From contig JAZRCL010000094.1 of the NCBI GenBank assembly GCA_045659745.1, forward strand, positions 1 to 54,403: a stretch of DNA of 54,403 nucleotides, in the 5' to 3' direction. Below the pieces are notes generated by a model. The model searched no databases. It was not told the DNA's origin and saw only the letters and a list, made by a program, of their open reading frames with translations. The stretch comes from Eubacteriales bacterium. GTDB lineage: Bacteria > Bacillota > Clostridia > Oscillospirales > CAG-272. Shown here piece by piece: positions 1 through 10,400 of this stretch (its first letter is position 1; each line of letters starts with the position of its first letter). The position numbers were made by a program, and so were the translations under genes.

Positions 1-230
1 GCCTTGCGCACTGCACATCCCTTGCCCATATTGTCCTTATATCCTATGACTTTGACACAAGGTAGATTCAGCTTCTCCACAATCTCTCCGCAATTATCTC
101 GCGATCCGTCGTTTGAAAAGATTATCTCGTAGTCGTCAAAATGTTCCGACATATAGCTCGAAAGAGTCCTTGCGGTATCCGCAATTATCGACGCCTCGTT
201 ATACATGGGAATACAAAGTGAAAATTTCAT
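1..230 (-). CDS. Glycosyltransferase family 2, N-terminal fragment (gene continues beyond window start)
   Basis: Minus-strand ATG at 230..228 opens MKFSLCIPMYNEASIIADTARTLSSYMSEHFDDYEIIFSNDGSRDNCGEIVEKL..YKDNMGKGCAVRK. This is the typical GT2 (GT-A) N-terminus with a DGS.D motif. It is truncated, so it is absent from the ORF track. Confidence 0.7.
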   Translation of the reverse strand, partial: MKFSLCIPMYNEASIIADTARTLSSYMSEHFDDYEIIFSNDGSRDNCGEIVEKLNLPCVKVIGYKDNMGKGCAVRK

Positions 231-255
231 TGCAATCTATGCCCTTCTAAAAAAT

Positions 256-1092
256 TTATGACTTTTTATATACGTATATCTCAAACTCTACTTCTGTTTT
301 GAGACATTCAACACCTAAAAGCTTTTCTTTATCTGCCTCCGAGGTGCGCCAATAATAAGGCGTCATTGAGAAAAGGCTGTCCACGTCGCTTTGTCCATTT
401 ACCTCTATCTCGTATTTCAGCGTCAGACGTTCTATCAACTCGGTGCTTGTAGGCAGATCCGCGCGCTCTCGGTTTTCATACGTGGACTCATAAAGCACGC
501 GCTTGAGTCCCATAAGATGATCCTTGCCCGCGCCGACCACTATAAGCACACCGCCGTCCTTTAAGACTCGCATATATTCGCTCTCCGCGCACGGAGCAAA
601 TATATTTACGACACAGTCAACACTTGCATCCTTTACGGGAAGCTCAAATACACTGCCCGTTGCGTAAAACGTATTGTATATACCCTCGCGTCTTGCCGAC
701 TTTGCTCCTGCGGCAACGCCGAATTTAGACAAGTCAAATCCTAAAGCAAATCCAAATTTTTCCGCTATCTTATTCGTGTAATATCCCTCGCCGCAGCCTG
801 CGTCAAGTATCACTGCATCACTGCTGACATGTCTTGCCGCAACCTCGCAAATTTTTTCCGCAAGGGGAAGATAATAATCCTTTGAAAGAAAGGAACGTCT
901 TGACGCTATTGCCTGCTTGGAATCTCCTGCGCCCTGACGGGAAAGACTCACGTATCCGTCGGATGAAAAATCAAAACAATGACGTCTCGGTCCTCTGCAA
1001 AACAGGCTTTTTTTGTCCTCCGACTCGTAAACGTCACTTGAGCACACGGGGCATTTTATAATTGTCTTCAAAATACTATCTCTATCCGTCAT
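256..1092 (-). CDS. rlmA: 23S rRNA (guanine-N1)-methyltransferase RlmA-like
   Basis: N-terminal Zn-finger CPVC..(x)..C..RHCFD, SAM motif LDAGCGEGYY and C-terminal MTPYYWR are collinear with E. coli RlmA. The ATG at 1092 has GAGG 5 nt upstream. The track start at 1116 is a TTG without an RBS. Confidence 0.85.
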   Translation of the reverse strand: MTDRDSILKTIIKCPVCSSDVYESEDKKSLFCRGPRRHCFDFSSDGYVSLSRQGAGDSKQAIASRRSFLSKDYYLPLAEKICEVAARHVSSDAVILDAGCGEGYYTNKIAEKFGFALGFDLSKFGVAAGAKSARREGIYNTFYATGSVFELPVKDASVDCVVNIFAPCAESEYMRVLKDGGVLIVVGAGKDHLMGLKRVLYESTYENRERADLPTSTELIERLTLKYEIEVNGQSDVDSLFSMTPYYWRTSEADKEKLLGVECLKTEVEFEIYVYKKS

Positions 1093-1173
1093 AAATACCT
1101 CAACTGCGTTTTTCAAGTAATTATACCACCAAACATCAAAAATTTCAAGTGCTTTTCGGATTGAAGTCAGATT

Positions 1174-2670
1174 TTATTCGAGAGCGATAAATTCGCTTCT
1201 TACTATCTCAAGCTCAAACCAGAAGGTAGAGCCCTCCCCAAGCTTACTGTTTAGTCCGTAAGCGGCGTTGTGGGATTCAAGCACACCCTTGACTATTGAA
1301 AGTCCAAGTCCCGTGCCTATTCTTGCGCGCTTGTGAACCTTATCCACCTTGTAGTATCTGTCCCAGACGAGCGGCATGTCCTCGACGGCTATTCCCTCGC
1401 CCGTGTCTGTCACAGAAATACGGACTATGCCGTCATTATGGCTCTGTACCACCTTGACGTATTTGTCCTCTCCCGTGTAGTTTATCGCGTTATTTATGAG
1501 GTTGTAAACAACTTGGAGTATCATAGTTCTATCCGCACGGACGTATATCTCTCTGTCAAAATCAAAGGTGATGTTGTATCCGTCACGCTCAGTAAGCTTT
1601 GAATATCTCGCCATTACCTCGTTTACCGTCTGCGTAAGGTTAAACTCCTCGAGCTCGGGCTTTCTGGCTCCCGAACGTATCTTTGACAGGTCAAGCATAT
1701 CGTTTACAAGCTCGTTAAGTCTTTCGGTCTCGTCGATTATAACCTGAAGATTCTCAGGGGTATTCTCGTCGGGAATATCTCTCATTACCTCGCCGTAGCC
1801 CTTTATCATGGTCAAGGGCGTTCGCAGATCGTGGGATATATTTGCCACAAGCTCCTTCTGGAGCGCATCTGTCTTTGAAAGCTCATACGCCGCATAGTTG
1901 AGCGCGTCGGCAAGCTCCTGCGATTCTCGATAGTTTCCGCCCTTGAAATGCGCATTGTAATTGCCCTTTGCCAGCATCTCCGCCGATTGTCCCATTTCCT
2001 TGAGCGGCTTGCAGACCGACTTTGAAATGCTGAGCGCCACGATAAGCGCCGCAACCAGCAGGATAAACGCTATCCAGCTGAACTGCATTTGCAGAGTGTT
2101 TACCGTCGCGTTAAGCGGTAAATGGTCGGAGTTGAGCATTATAACGTAGGTGCTACCATCCGACTCCCTAACCGAGACGTAGACCGTTCCGAAATCCCCC
2201 GTGTTGGGCTTTGAGTGAGAATCTGAGTGAGCGTGTTGCTCTATATAAACTCCATCCTCCGATTTCATAGCCTTGGTACAATAGTCAGACAAAGTCTCGC
2301 CAGACACGTGATGTATAAGACAAGCAGGAGACGTGCAAATATTCTTTACTATCTCTCTTGCGTCCCCGTTCTCCACTATGAAAACACGTATACATTCGTC
2401 ATATTCCGCCGCGTAAAAGCTTGCGGTGTTATTAAGCTCCTGCGGGTTTGTCAGAAAAGCCGAAAGCGCCTTGTCGGTAGTCTCAAGCTCCTCCATTTTA
2501 CTCTGCTCGTAAAACCAGTTAAGCAGCGCAACCTGAAACACCCATATCACTATAAGCATTACCGCCACAAATATCAGTAAAGCGCCAAACAACCGCCACG
2601 AGACTCCCATCTCGTAGCGGCTATTTATTCTTTTCCTTTTGTCGTGCATCTGATGCGCGTTGTTGTTCAT
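1174..2670 (-). CDS. Sensor histidine kinase (2 TM, extracytoplasmic loop, HAMP, HisKA, HATPase_c)
   Basis: H-box ISHDLRTPLT, N-box NLINNAINYT and G-boxes DTGEGI / GTGLGLSIV are present, with two hydrophobic segments flanking a ~150-aa loop. GGAG lies 7 nt before the ATG. Confidence 0.9.
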   Translation of the reverse strand: MNNNAHQMHDKRKRINSRYEMGVSWRLFGALLIFVAVMLIVIWVFQVALLNWFYEQSKMEELETTDKALSAFLTNPQELNNTASFYAAEYDECIRVFIVENGDAREIVKNICTSPACLIHHVSGETLSDYCTKAMKSEDGVYIEQHAHSDSHSKPNTGDFGTVYVSVRESDGSTYVIMLNSDHLPLNATVNTLQMQFSWIAFILLVAALIVALSISKSVCKPLKEMGQSAEMLAKGNYNAHFKGGNYRESQELADALNYAAYELSKTDALQKELVANISHDLRTPLTMIKGYGEVMRDIPDENTPENLQVIIDETERLNELVNDMLDLSKIRSGARKPELEEFNLTQTVNEVMARYSKLTERDGYNITFDFDREIYVRADRTMILQVVYNLINNAINYTGEDKYVKVVQSHNDGIVRISVTDTGEGIAVEDMPLVWDRYYKVDKVHKRARIGTGLGLSIVKGVLESHNAAYGLNSKLGEGSTFWFELEIVRSEFIALE

Positions 2671-2697
2671 ACCTATCTCCGTCGCAAAGTAAATTTA

Positions 2698-3402
2698 TCA
2701 GTTCTCACCCTCAAATCTATAGCCTACCCCTCGGAGCGTGACTATATATTTGCTGTATTCTCCAAGGCTTTTACGCAACAGCTTTATGTGAGTGTCAAGC
2801 GTGCGCGCATCTCCGTAGAAATCATATCCCCAGACCTCGCTGATAAGCTTTTCTCTCGAAAGAGCGATATTTCTGTTGTCCAGCATATAGAAAAACAGGT
2901 CGTATTCCTTGGGTGACATTTCTATTCTCTGTCCTCTTATGTAAACTATTCGGGCGGTGACGTCGGCCTTGAGACCTCCGCCGTCAAGCTCAATAATCAC
3001 GTTTTGCTTTTTCTGCGCGCTCATGTCAGTCACAACTCTGCCCGATGCGCGCTTCATAACCGCGCCTATGCGAAGCATAAGCTCCTTTGGGGAGAAGGGC
3101 TTTACCACGTAATCGTCAACGCCAAGCTCAAAGCCGTTGATCCTGTCGTATTCCTCACCGCGCGCTGAAAGCATTATTATAGGTGTATTGGATGACTTTC
3201 TTATCTCTCTGCAAGCCGAAAATCCGTCGAGCTCGGGCATCATAATGTCCATTATTATGATGTCAAACTTTTCTCTGCGGCAAAGTCTTACCGCCTCCAT
3301 TCCGTCGCCTGCCTCGGTCACCATATGCCCCTCAAATTCGGCATACTTTTTTATTATTGAGCGAATTCTCGCCTCGTCGTCAACTACAAGTATGTGAAAC
3401 AT
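2698..3402 (-). CDS. OmpR-family response regulator
   Basis: Receiver domain MFHILVVDDE...DIIIMDIMMPELDG...KPF plus a winged-helix C-terminus (LTLSPKEYDLF-like, RGVGYRF). Start moved to the internal ATG (MFHILVVDD); the longer track ORF overlaps the upstream gene. Confidence 0.9.
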   Translation of the reverse strand: MFHILVVDDEARIRSIIKKYAEFEGHMVTEAGDGMEAVRLCRREKFDIIIMDIMMPELDGFSACREIRKSSNTPIIMLSARGEEYDRINGFELGVDDYVVKPFSPKELMLRIGAVMKRASGRVVTDMSAQKKQNVIIELDGGGLKADVTARIVYIRGQRIEMSPKEYDLFFYMLDNRNIALSREKLISEVWGYDFYGDARTLDTHIKLLRKSLGEYSKYIVTLRGVGYRFEGEN

Positions 3403-3439
3403 GTTTTTTCCGTCCTTTCTGCAAATAGTCAAGTTAAAA

Positions 3440-4030
3440 TTATTCAAAATCCACGTAATCCGCCGTGCGCTCTCGCAGAATTATACAAGCTGTCAGTATT
3501 TCTCCGTCTCTTTCAAACACAACTGTTATTTCATCTCTCGCGGAGCAATCACTCACCGCGCGCTCTATATCGTCCGATGCGGATATATCCACGCCGTTTA
3601 CCGAAATTATTTTGTCGCCAAACTCAAGCTCGTCCGTATACTCGGAGTCCGTCACGATAACTCCCACGGACGAAATTCCGTATCTGGAGTAATAGTACAG
3701 ATTTTTCGAGGTCACGTCAACCGAACTTATACCGTGATCAGCCACTGTCGAGTCGCCGTTTACTGCCGCCGCTGTTGCATTATTGTCGGAGCCCTTCAAA
3801 AAATTCTTGATAGCGAATGCTCCAAATACAATGCCGGGCAAAATCACCATAACGGAAAGCAATACCGAAGCCGCGCCAAGAATTATAAACCTGATTATAA
3901 TTGTTCGAGTCCTGCTCTTTTGTGTGTCCTTGGGAGTATAACTGTAAGAATACTGTCCTGCGCGCTCCTGTCCGTAGGATTGGTCGTAGTTATTATTCAC
4001 TTTATCTTTACTATTGTCATAATTATTCAT
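3440..4030 (-). CDS. Membrane-anchored PDZ-domain protein (no protease domain)
   Basis: Low-complexity N-terminus, one TM (IIIRFIILGAASVLLSVMVILPGIVFGAFAI), and a C-terminal PDZ-like GDKIISVNGVDISASDDIERAV. AAAGGAG lies 7 nt upstream of the ATG. It is the first gene of the operon with the RR and HK. Confidence 0.7.
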   Translation of the reverse strand: MNNYDNSKDKVNNNYDQSYGQERAGQYSYSYTPKDTQKSRTRTIIIRFIILGAASVLLSVMVILPGIVFGAFAIKNFLKGSDNNATAAAVNGDSTVADHGISSVDVTSKNLYYYSRYGISSVGVIVTDSEYTDELEFGDKIISVNGVDISASDDIERAVSDCSARDEITVVFERDGEILTACIILRERTADYVDFE

Positions 4031-4129
4031 AAAACTACTCCTTTCCTAGTCTATCACCTTGATTATATTCAAAATTTGTGACGATTTAATGACGAACAAT
4101 TAAAAAGTCATTGAATTATTAAAATATTC

Positions 4130-4158
4130 TTGTTTTTGAGCTAATTATTTGATATAAT
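4130..4158 (+). promoter_or_regulatory. Sigma-A type promoter for addBA
   Basis: TTGTTT (4130-4135), 17-nt spacer, TGaTATAAT (-10 at 4153-4158), 58 nt upstream of the addB ATG. Confidence 0.55.
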
Positions 4159-4215
4159 GTAGTTAGTATTAGATTATTATCGTCAAAAATCGACAGAAGG
4201 TATTGGGGAGTAAGT

Positions 4216-7200
4216 ATGATCAATCTTATTTTCGGTTGTGCGGGAAGCGGAAAGACAAGCCGTATAACGCAAGAAATTAAAAACTCCATATCACAAAAAA
4301 AGCGTACTTATCTGCTCGTCCCCGAGCAGCAGGTGTTCACTGCCGAGTCAATGCTTGCAGATCTACCTGATAGCGCAGGGCTTTATTTTGAGGTCATAAG
4401 CTTCTCACGTATGTGCGAGCTTGTATTCGGCAAATACGGTGGAATAAGCTATGCGACCGTCACGGGTGGCATGCGCAATCTCATTATGTGGAAAAGCATA
4501 CGCGAGCTCTCACCGTTTCTGTCAAACTATAGCCACACTCTGCCCGATGCAAGCCTTGCAAGTCTTATGCTTGCTACGGCAGACGAGCTTCGTGCCAATT
4601 CCATATCCTCAACCGAGCTTGAGGGCGCGATAGAAAACACAGAGCATAATGACATGAGGGATAAGCTTTCCGATATAAACGCCGTCATATCAACGTTTTA
4701 CGCAAATCTCGAATCATCACTCGGAGAGGGCGCGGTCGCGGCGGAAAACAAGCTTGAGCGTCTCCTCGACTGCCTTTATAAGCACAGCTTTTTTGAAGAC
4801 ACCAACGTATTCATAGACTCGTTTACGGACTTTACAGGAATCCAGCACAAAATACTTGAACAGATAATTAAGCAGGCGGATAATACGTATATTTCCGTCT
4901 ATTCCAAGGAGCGCGGATATCACGCTCCTCACAATGCAAGTATCACCGAAACAATAAAAAAGCTTACCCGCGCGGCTCGTGAAAGCGGACGGGATTTTGA
5001 CGATATTATTCTTGGAGGAAACGTTCGCACGCACAGTCCTCAGCTAAAGCTGCTCGAAAAGCATCTTTGGGACTTCACAGCGAAAAAGTCAACTCTTCCC
5101 GAAATACCCGAGGAGCTTTCGCACGACATAGAAATGATAGAGTGCGAAAACGAATACGAGGAGACCGAATGCATAGCGCTCAAGATTCTCGAGGCTCGCA
5201 AAAACGGCCTGAAATATTCAGACATAGCAGTTATTATGCGTAATCCCGAGGAGAGAGCGGGAATTATAAACGCGGTATTTTCAAAATATAATATCCCTTA
5301 CTTTATATCCGAAAAAACACAGCTTACCTCCACCCCTGCGGCGAGATTTATGCTTTCATCCCTGCGTTGCATTGCAAGAAATTACCGCCTTGGTGACGTA
5401 TTGACGCTTCTCAAAACAGGCCTTTGCGGAATTGACGACAAGGACGCGGATATGTTTGAGGAATATTGCCTTACTTGGAATATCCAAGGCAAGACCTTTG
5501 CCTCTGACGTATGGAATATGAACCCATCGGGATACGTTGCGGATATGAGTCAGCGCTCGGCAGATATACTCGACGCCGCAAACAGAGTCCGCAAAGCGCT
5601 TATCTCCCCTCTTGAAGAATTGAAAATAAAAATGAAAGCGTCAGGTGGCAATGCCACCGAGCTTTGTCGCGCCCTGTATTCCTACATGGAGCATCACAGA
5701 CTCTCGGAGCGTCTGTGCGACCTCGCCGAGCTCGAGCTTGCGCTTGGAAACGTCAAGGACGCCGGCGAGATTTTGAGAGTATATGATATTCTCGTATCCA
5801 CACTGTCGCAAATTTGCTTCGCTTTAGGTGATGATAAACTCACTTCCGACGAGCTTATGACCGCTATTGAAATAATGCTTGCAGGTACGGAGATAGCCTC
5901 TGTTCCGTCAATGAGCGAATGCGTCACTATTGGCTCTGCGGCAACTCTTAGGGTTGAGGGCGTAAAGCTCGGCATAATTATGGGCCTTTGCGAAGGCGTC
6001 TTCCCGTCCATCCCCAAGGATGCGGGACTGCTTTGTGAGTCCGACAAGGAAATCCTTTCAGAGGTTGGCATCAATTTCAAGGCAAGGCGAGAAAGACTTA
6101 TGTCCGACGAGCTTTTCTACGTCTACAGAGCTATGACTACTCCCTCCGAAAAGCTGATAGTAACAACGTATTCGTCAAGCATTTCGGGCGGTTCAGTATC
6201 CCCCTCAACGGCTTGGCGCAGGCTTATTACACTCTTTGGTATCCCCGTGGAGCATTTCAACGGTAAAGCCGTAAAGGCTATGTCCGAGCGTCAGATCAAG
6301 CTGGGTGAGATTTCCGAGCTTGAGGAGCGCAAGAAAGAATATTTCGGCGAAGATTCGTTGCTTGAGAACACTATACCCACAGAGATATTGCACTCCATTC
6401 TCGGCGACTCTCTCTATCTTTCTAAAACAAAAATACAGAATTTTGTCAAGTGTCCTATGCTTTATTGGAGTAAGCATATGCTTGAGCTCCGCCCGCGTGA
6501 GATTGCGGCAGTCAGCGCATCAGAATCAGGAACACTCATACACTACGTCCTTGAAAATCTTTTCCGTGAAATACGACTTCGCGATGGCTCTCTGCCCTCT
6601 CAAACGTCATCACAGATTCTCGCACTCACAGATAAGTGGGTAGATAGATATATTGAGCTTACAAACTGTCCCAAAACTCCCGCCATTATGTTTGCCTTCT
6701 CAAAGCTTAGAAACATGGCGTATCTTATGGCAAACAATATCTCCGAGGAATTCTCGATGTCTGACTTTAAGATGTTTTCCTTTGAGCAGAACATTTCAAA
6801 TTACAGCGCAAAGTCTCTCAAGCCCTTTGAGATAACCTTGAGTTCCATTGAAAACACTCCCACCGTATATCTTGGTGGCAACGCAGACCGAGTTGACACG
6901 TACACTAAAGACGGAATAACGTACGTGCGAGTTATCGACTATAAGACGGGCTCCGTGTCCTTTAAGGAAGAAAACGTTGTCTCCGGTGCGGACCTTCAGC
7001 TCCCCGCATATCTCTTTGCAATAGCCTCAGAGCAAAACAAGTCTGCCTTTGGTGATTCCGAGATAGTTTTGCCCGGTGCTTCTCTGTACGTATCCGCCGT
7101 TGAATCCGCAGGAGATATATCCATAGCTCGAAGCGGTATGATATACAACGGCGAGAATTTCATCTCAGCATCAAACAAAAATCTTAATTACGACTATATC

Positions 7201-7425
7201 AGCACCGCCGCGGCAAACGCCGCGCAAAAGGGCAAGCTTGACAGCTGCCCCGAGCTTTACTCGGATGAAAGAATGTCTGAAATGAAAGAGATTCTCACAC
7301 AAACGGTCGAGAACACCGCAAATCAGATATTCTCAGGAGTCGCTACACGTACCCCTTCGGCAGAAAGCTGCAAATACTGTCCCGTGCGTCAGTCCTGCCC
7401 TGTTGCAGTTAAGTCAAAATTCTAA
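4216..7425 (+). CDS. addB: ATP-dependent helicase/deoxyribonuclease subunit B (AddB/RexB)
   Basis: N-terminal Walker A GCAGSGKTS and a C-terminal RecB-type nuclease region (VIDYKTG). The Fe-S cluster cysteines are present (KCPMLYW ... CKYCPVRQSC). It sits immediately upstream of addA. Confidence 0.93.
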   Translation: MINLIFGCAGSGKTSRITQEIKNSISQKKRTYLLVPEQQVFTAESMLADLPDSAGLYFEVISFSRMCELVFGKYGGISYATVTGGMRNLIMWKSIRELSPFLSNYSHTLPDASLASLMLATADELRANSISSTELEGAIENTEHNDMRDKLSDINAVISTFYANLESSLGEGAVAAENKLERLLDCLYKHSFFEDTNVFIDSFTDFTGIQHKILEQIIKQADNTYISVYSKERGYHAPHNASITETIKKLTRAARESGRDFDDIILGGNVRTHSPQLKLLEKHLWDFTAKKSTLPEIPEELSHDIEMIECENEYEETECIALKILEARKNGLKYSDIAVIMRNPEERAGIINAVFSKYNIPYFISEKTQLTSTPAARFMLSSLRCIARNYRLGDVLTLLKTGLCGIDDKDADMFEEYCLTWNIQGKTFASDVWNMNPSGYVADMSQRSADILDAANRVRKALISPLEELKIKMKASGGNATELCRALYSYMEHHRLSERLCDLAELELALGNVKDAGEILRVYDILVSTLSQICFALGDDKLTSDELMTAIEIMLAGTEIASVPSMSECVTIGSAATLRVEGVKLGIIMGLCEGVFPSIPKDAGLLCESDKEILSEVGINFKARRERLMSDELFYVYRAMTTPSEKLIVTTYSSSISGGSVSPSTAWRRLITLFGIPVEHFNGKAVKAMSERQIKLGEISELEERKKEYFGEDSLLENTIPTEILHSILGDSLYLSKTKIQNFVKCPMLYWSKHMLELRPREIAAVSASESGTLIHYVLENLFREIRLRDGSLPSQTSSQILALTDKWVDRYIELTNCPKTPAIMFAFSKLRNMAYLMANNISEEFSMSDFKMFSFEQNISNYSAKSLKPFEITLSSIENTPTVYLGGNADRVDTYTKDGITYVRVIDYKTGSVSFKEENVVSGADLQLPAYLFAIASEQNKSAFGDSEIVLPGASLYVSAVESAGDISIARSGMIYNGENFISASNKNLNYDYISTAAANAAQKGKLDSCPELYSDERMSEMKEILTQTVENTANQIFSGVATRTPSAESCKYCPVRQSCPVAVKSKF

Positions 7426-7440
7426 GAAAGGAGCAGCATT

Positions 7441-10400
7441 ATGGCAGAATCAAAATTTACCCCCGCACAGCAGCAAGCGCTTGATATAAGTGGCAGAAAC
7501 GTGCTTGTAAGCGCCGCCGCAGGCTCGGGCAAGACCTTTACCCTGACGCAGAGAATAATCAAAAACATTCTTGAAAAGAACGCGGACATATCAAAAATAT
7601 TGGTCGTCACGTTCACGCGCGCCGCGGCAAGCGAGCTTAAAAGCCGTATTTCCTCGGCGATAATGGACGCAATAGCTCAAAACCCCGAAAATACTCATCT
7701 GCAAAAACAAATGCTCTCCCTTGGGGAGGCGGAGATATGCACCATAGACTCGTTTTTGTCACGTCCCGTTCGCGAGAACTTTGAAAAGCTCGGGCTCCCT
7801 GTGTCTATGAGAATAGCCGACGACGCCGAAATAGCCGCCCTCAGCCACTCCGTGCTCGAGGATGTCATGGCATCTCTGTACGAAAAATATAACGTCTGCG
7901 ACGACTGCAATCTTGCAGACATAAACCTGAATACCCCCTTGACAGACCTGCTCTCTCTCTTGACCACCACGGTCAAGGACTCGTCCGAAATAGCCCCATT
8001 CCTTATAAAGCTCCACGGCAAGCTTATCACATCTCCACGCGGAGTTCAGCTTCTCTCGGATTTTGCAAAAAGACTCAGAGCGGACGCAACAAAAGGCTTC
8101 CTTGACACACTTGAGGGAGAGCTTATCTGCCGCGAGCTTGACAAGATAATAGAGGGCGCCGTTGCATTCTACGACAAATCGTGTGACTTTCTTGCAAACG
8201 ACAGCTTGCTTGTGACAAAGTATCTTCCTACCTTTGAGGGAGACAAGAGTGAGCTTATATGCATATCCGAGTCTAAAAAGGATGGCTATGACATTCTGCG
8301 CGAGCGAATAAACTCATTCCCATCTCAAAAGCTCGGCTCGCTAAAGGCTGCGCAAAAAACTCCTGAAAGCATAAAGCTCCACGAGTCCAGAAACGAGATA
8401 ATTGCACAGATAAAGAGCTTCCGCAATCAGTATCTTTGCTACGAAGAGGACGAGATACGCGCTATGTATCTCAAGACCGCAGAGATAACCGAGGTGCTTT
8501 ATACTCTGCTCTCTGATTTTGACCGCAAATATATGCAGGAAAAAGTAAATCTTGGAATATACGAATTTTCGGATATGCCAAGATATATGATAAGCCTTCT
8601 TCAGAACGAGGACGGCTCGCCCAGCGATACGGCAAAAAGAATTTCCGAAGGTTATGACGAGATATATATCGACGAATATCAGGACGTAAACGAAATACAG
8701 GACAGTATATTCAGACTCATCAGCCGCAATAATCGATTTATGGTTGGAGATATAAAGCAGAGCATCTATGGCTTCCGAGATGCAGAGCCAACTTTCTTCT
8801 CAAATTACAGAAACAGCTATCCCATGTATTCCCCTAAAACCGAGGGCGCGGATATACCCGAGGGATCGACTATATTTATGTCCAACAACTTCAGAAGCGA
8901 CGAGCGTGTAATAACCTTTTCAAACACAGTCTGCGCTCCTATGTTTGAGGCTTGCGGAAAATCCATATCCTACTCCTCGGACGATGACCTCGTATTCAGC
9001 AAAAAACGCCCTGATGGATATATTTCCCCAAAGATAGACGTACACATATTTGCCAAGGGCTCACCCAACGATGCAAGAAAAAATATTCTTTGGGCAGAAG
9101 TTGACGATATTTCCACTCCCGAAAGTCTGCCGAGAGACGACGGCTTTGACGAGGAGGCAGTATTTATTGCAAACCGCATCGCAGACCTTATCCGACACGG
9201 CAAAAAGGCGGACGACACCCCCATAAAGCCGCGCGACATTGCAATTCTCGTGCGCAAAAACAGGTCCATTCCGTCTATTACCAAAGCTCTCCGCGCGTTG
9301 AATATAGAATACCTTTTGGCGTCAAAGAGCGAGCTTTTGCAGAGCCGCGATATGACCCTGCTCTCCGAGCTTGTAAATATAATTGATAACCCGAGATGTG
9401 ACGTTCCACTGTGCAGTGTCCTGACTTGCGAGTCTCTTCCCGAAAATGTTAGATTTTCGATGGGAGAGCTTGTAAGCATACGTGCGCATTCTGAAAAAAA
9501 CAGTTCTCTTTACGATGCTATTCTCACCTACGGAGGTGACGGTGAGGGTGACCCACTTGACACTCTTCTCTCGCGGAAATGCCGAGAAATTACAAGAAAG
9601 CTTACTTCACTGCGCTCTCTGTCAGCAAAGCTCTCCGCAGACAAGTTTTTGCGCGCGCTTACGGCGGACGATATGTTTTTCAGCTTTACCGAGGGAGACG
9701 CGTTTGCGTTTATGTATGACTCGGCGTGCAGGTATACAAAGAGCTACTGGAACGGTCTTTCGGGCTTTATCAGATATTTTGACAACATTATTGAAAACGG
9801 ATCGATAAGCGGTGAGGTCAAGCCCGTGGAAAACGCAGTCAACATAGTCACGATGCACTCGTCAAAGGGACTCCAGTACAACACCTGTTTCCTTTACGAC
9901 TGCGGCTTGCAGTTCAATGCAAAGGATTTTCAGAAATCCTTGATCTATGACAAGGATCTTTGCGTGGGTATGCACATTCCCTCGCGTCCCGAGGGTGAGA
10001 TCAACACCAAAAAGCTTGAAAGCATAATACATAAGGCAACAGTTCTTGATATGCAAAACAAGGCGCTGCAGGAGGAGATGAGAATTCTCTACGTTGCGCT
10101 CACTCGAGCTGAGGAAAGACTTATCATTTCGGGCACGGTAGCAGGAAACTCTACGTTCAAAAGCTTCTTTGAAAAATATAATCTTTACGGCATATCAAAC
10201 ACATCTACCATATCCCAGCCCTCGCTTCTCGGTTGGGTGGTGGGCGCTATGCATATCGACGGACATAATAAGTCCACGTACAACGTCACATTGCACTCTC
10301 TTTTGAACAACATTCGTTTTGGCGAGCCGTTTGAGGCTGAAGGCGTTAACAGTGAGGTGCAAAATATCGACCCCAAGGTAGCACAATACGCGACACTTAT

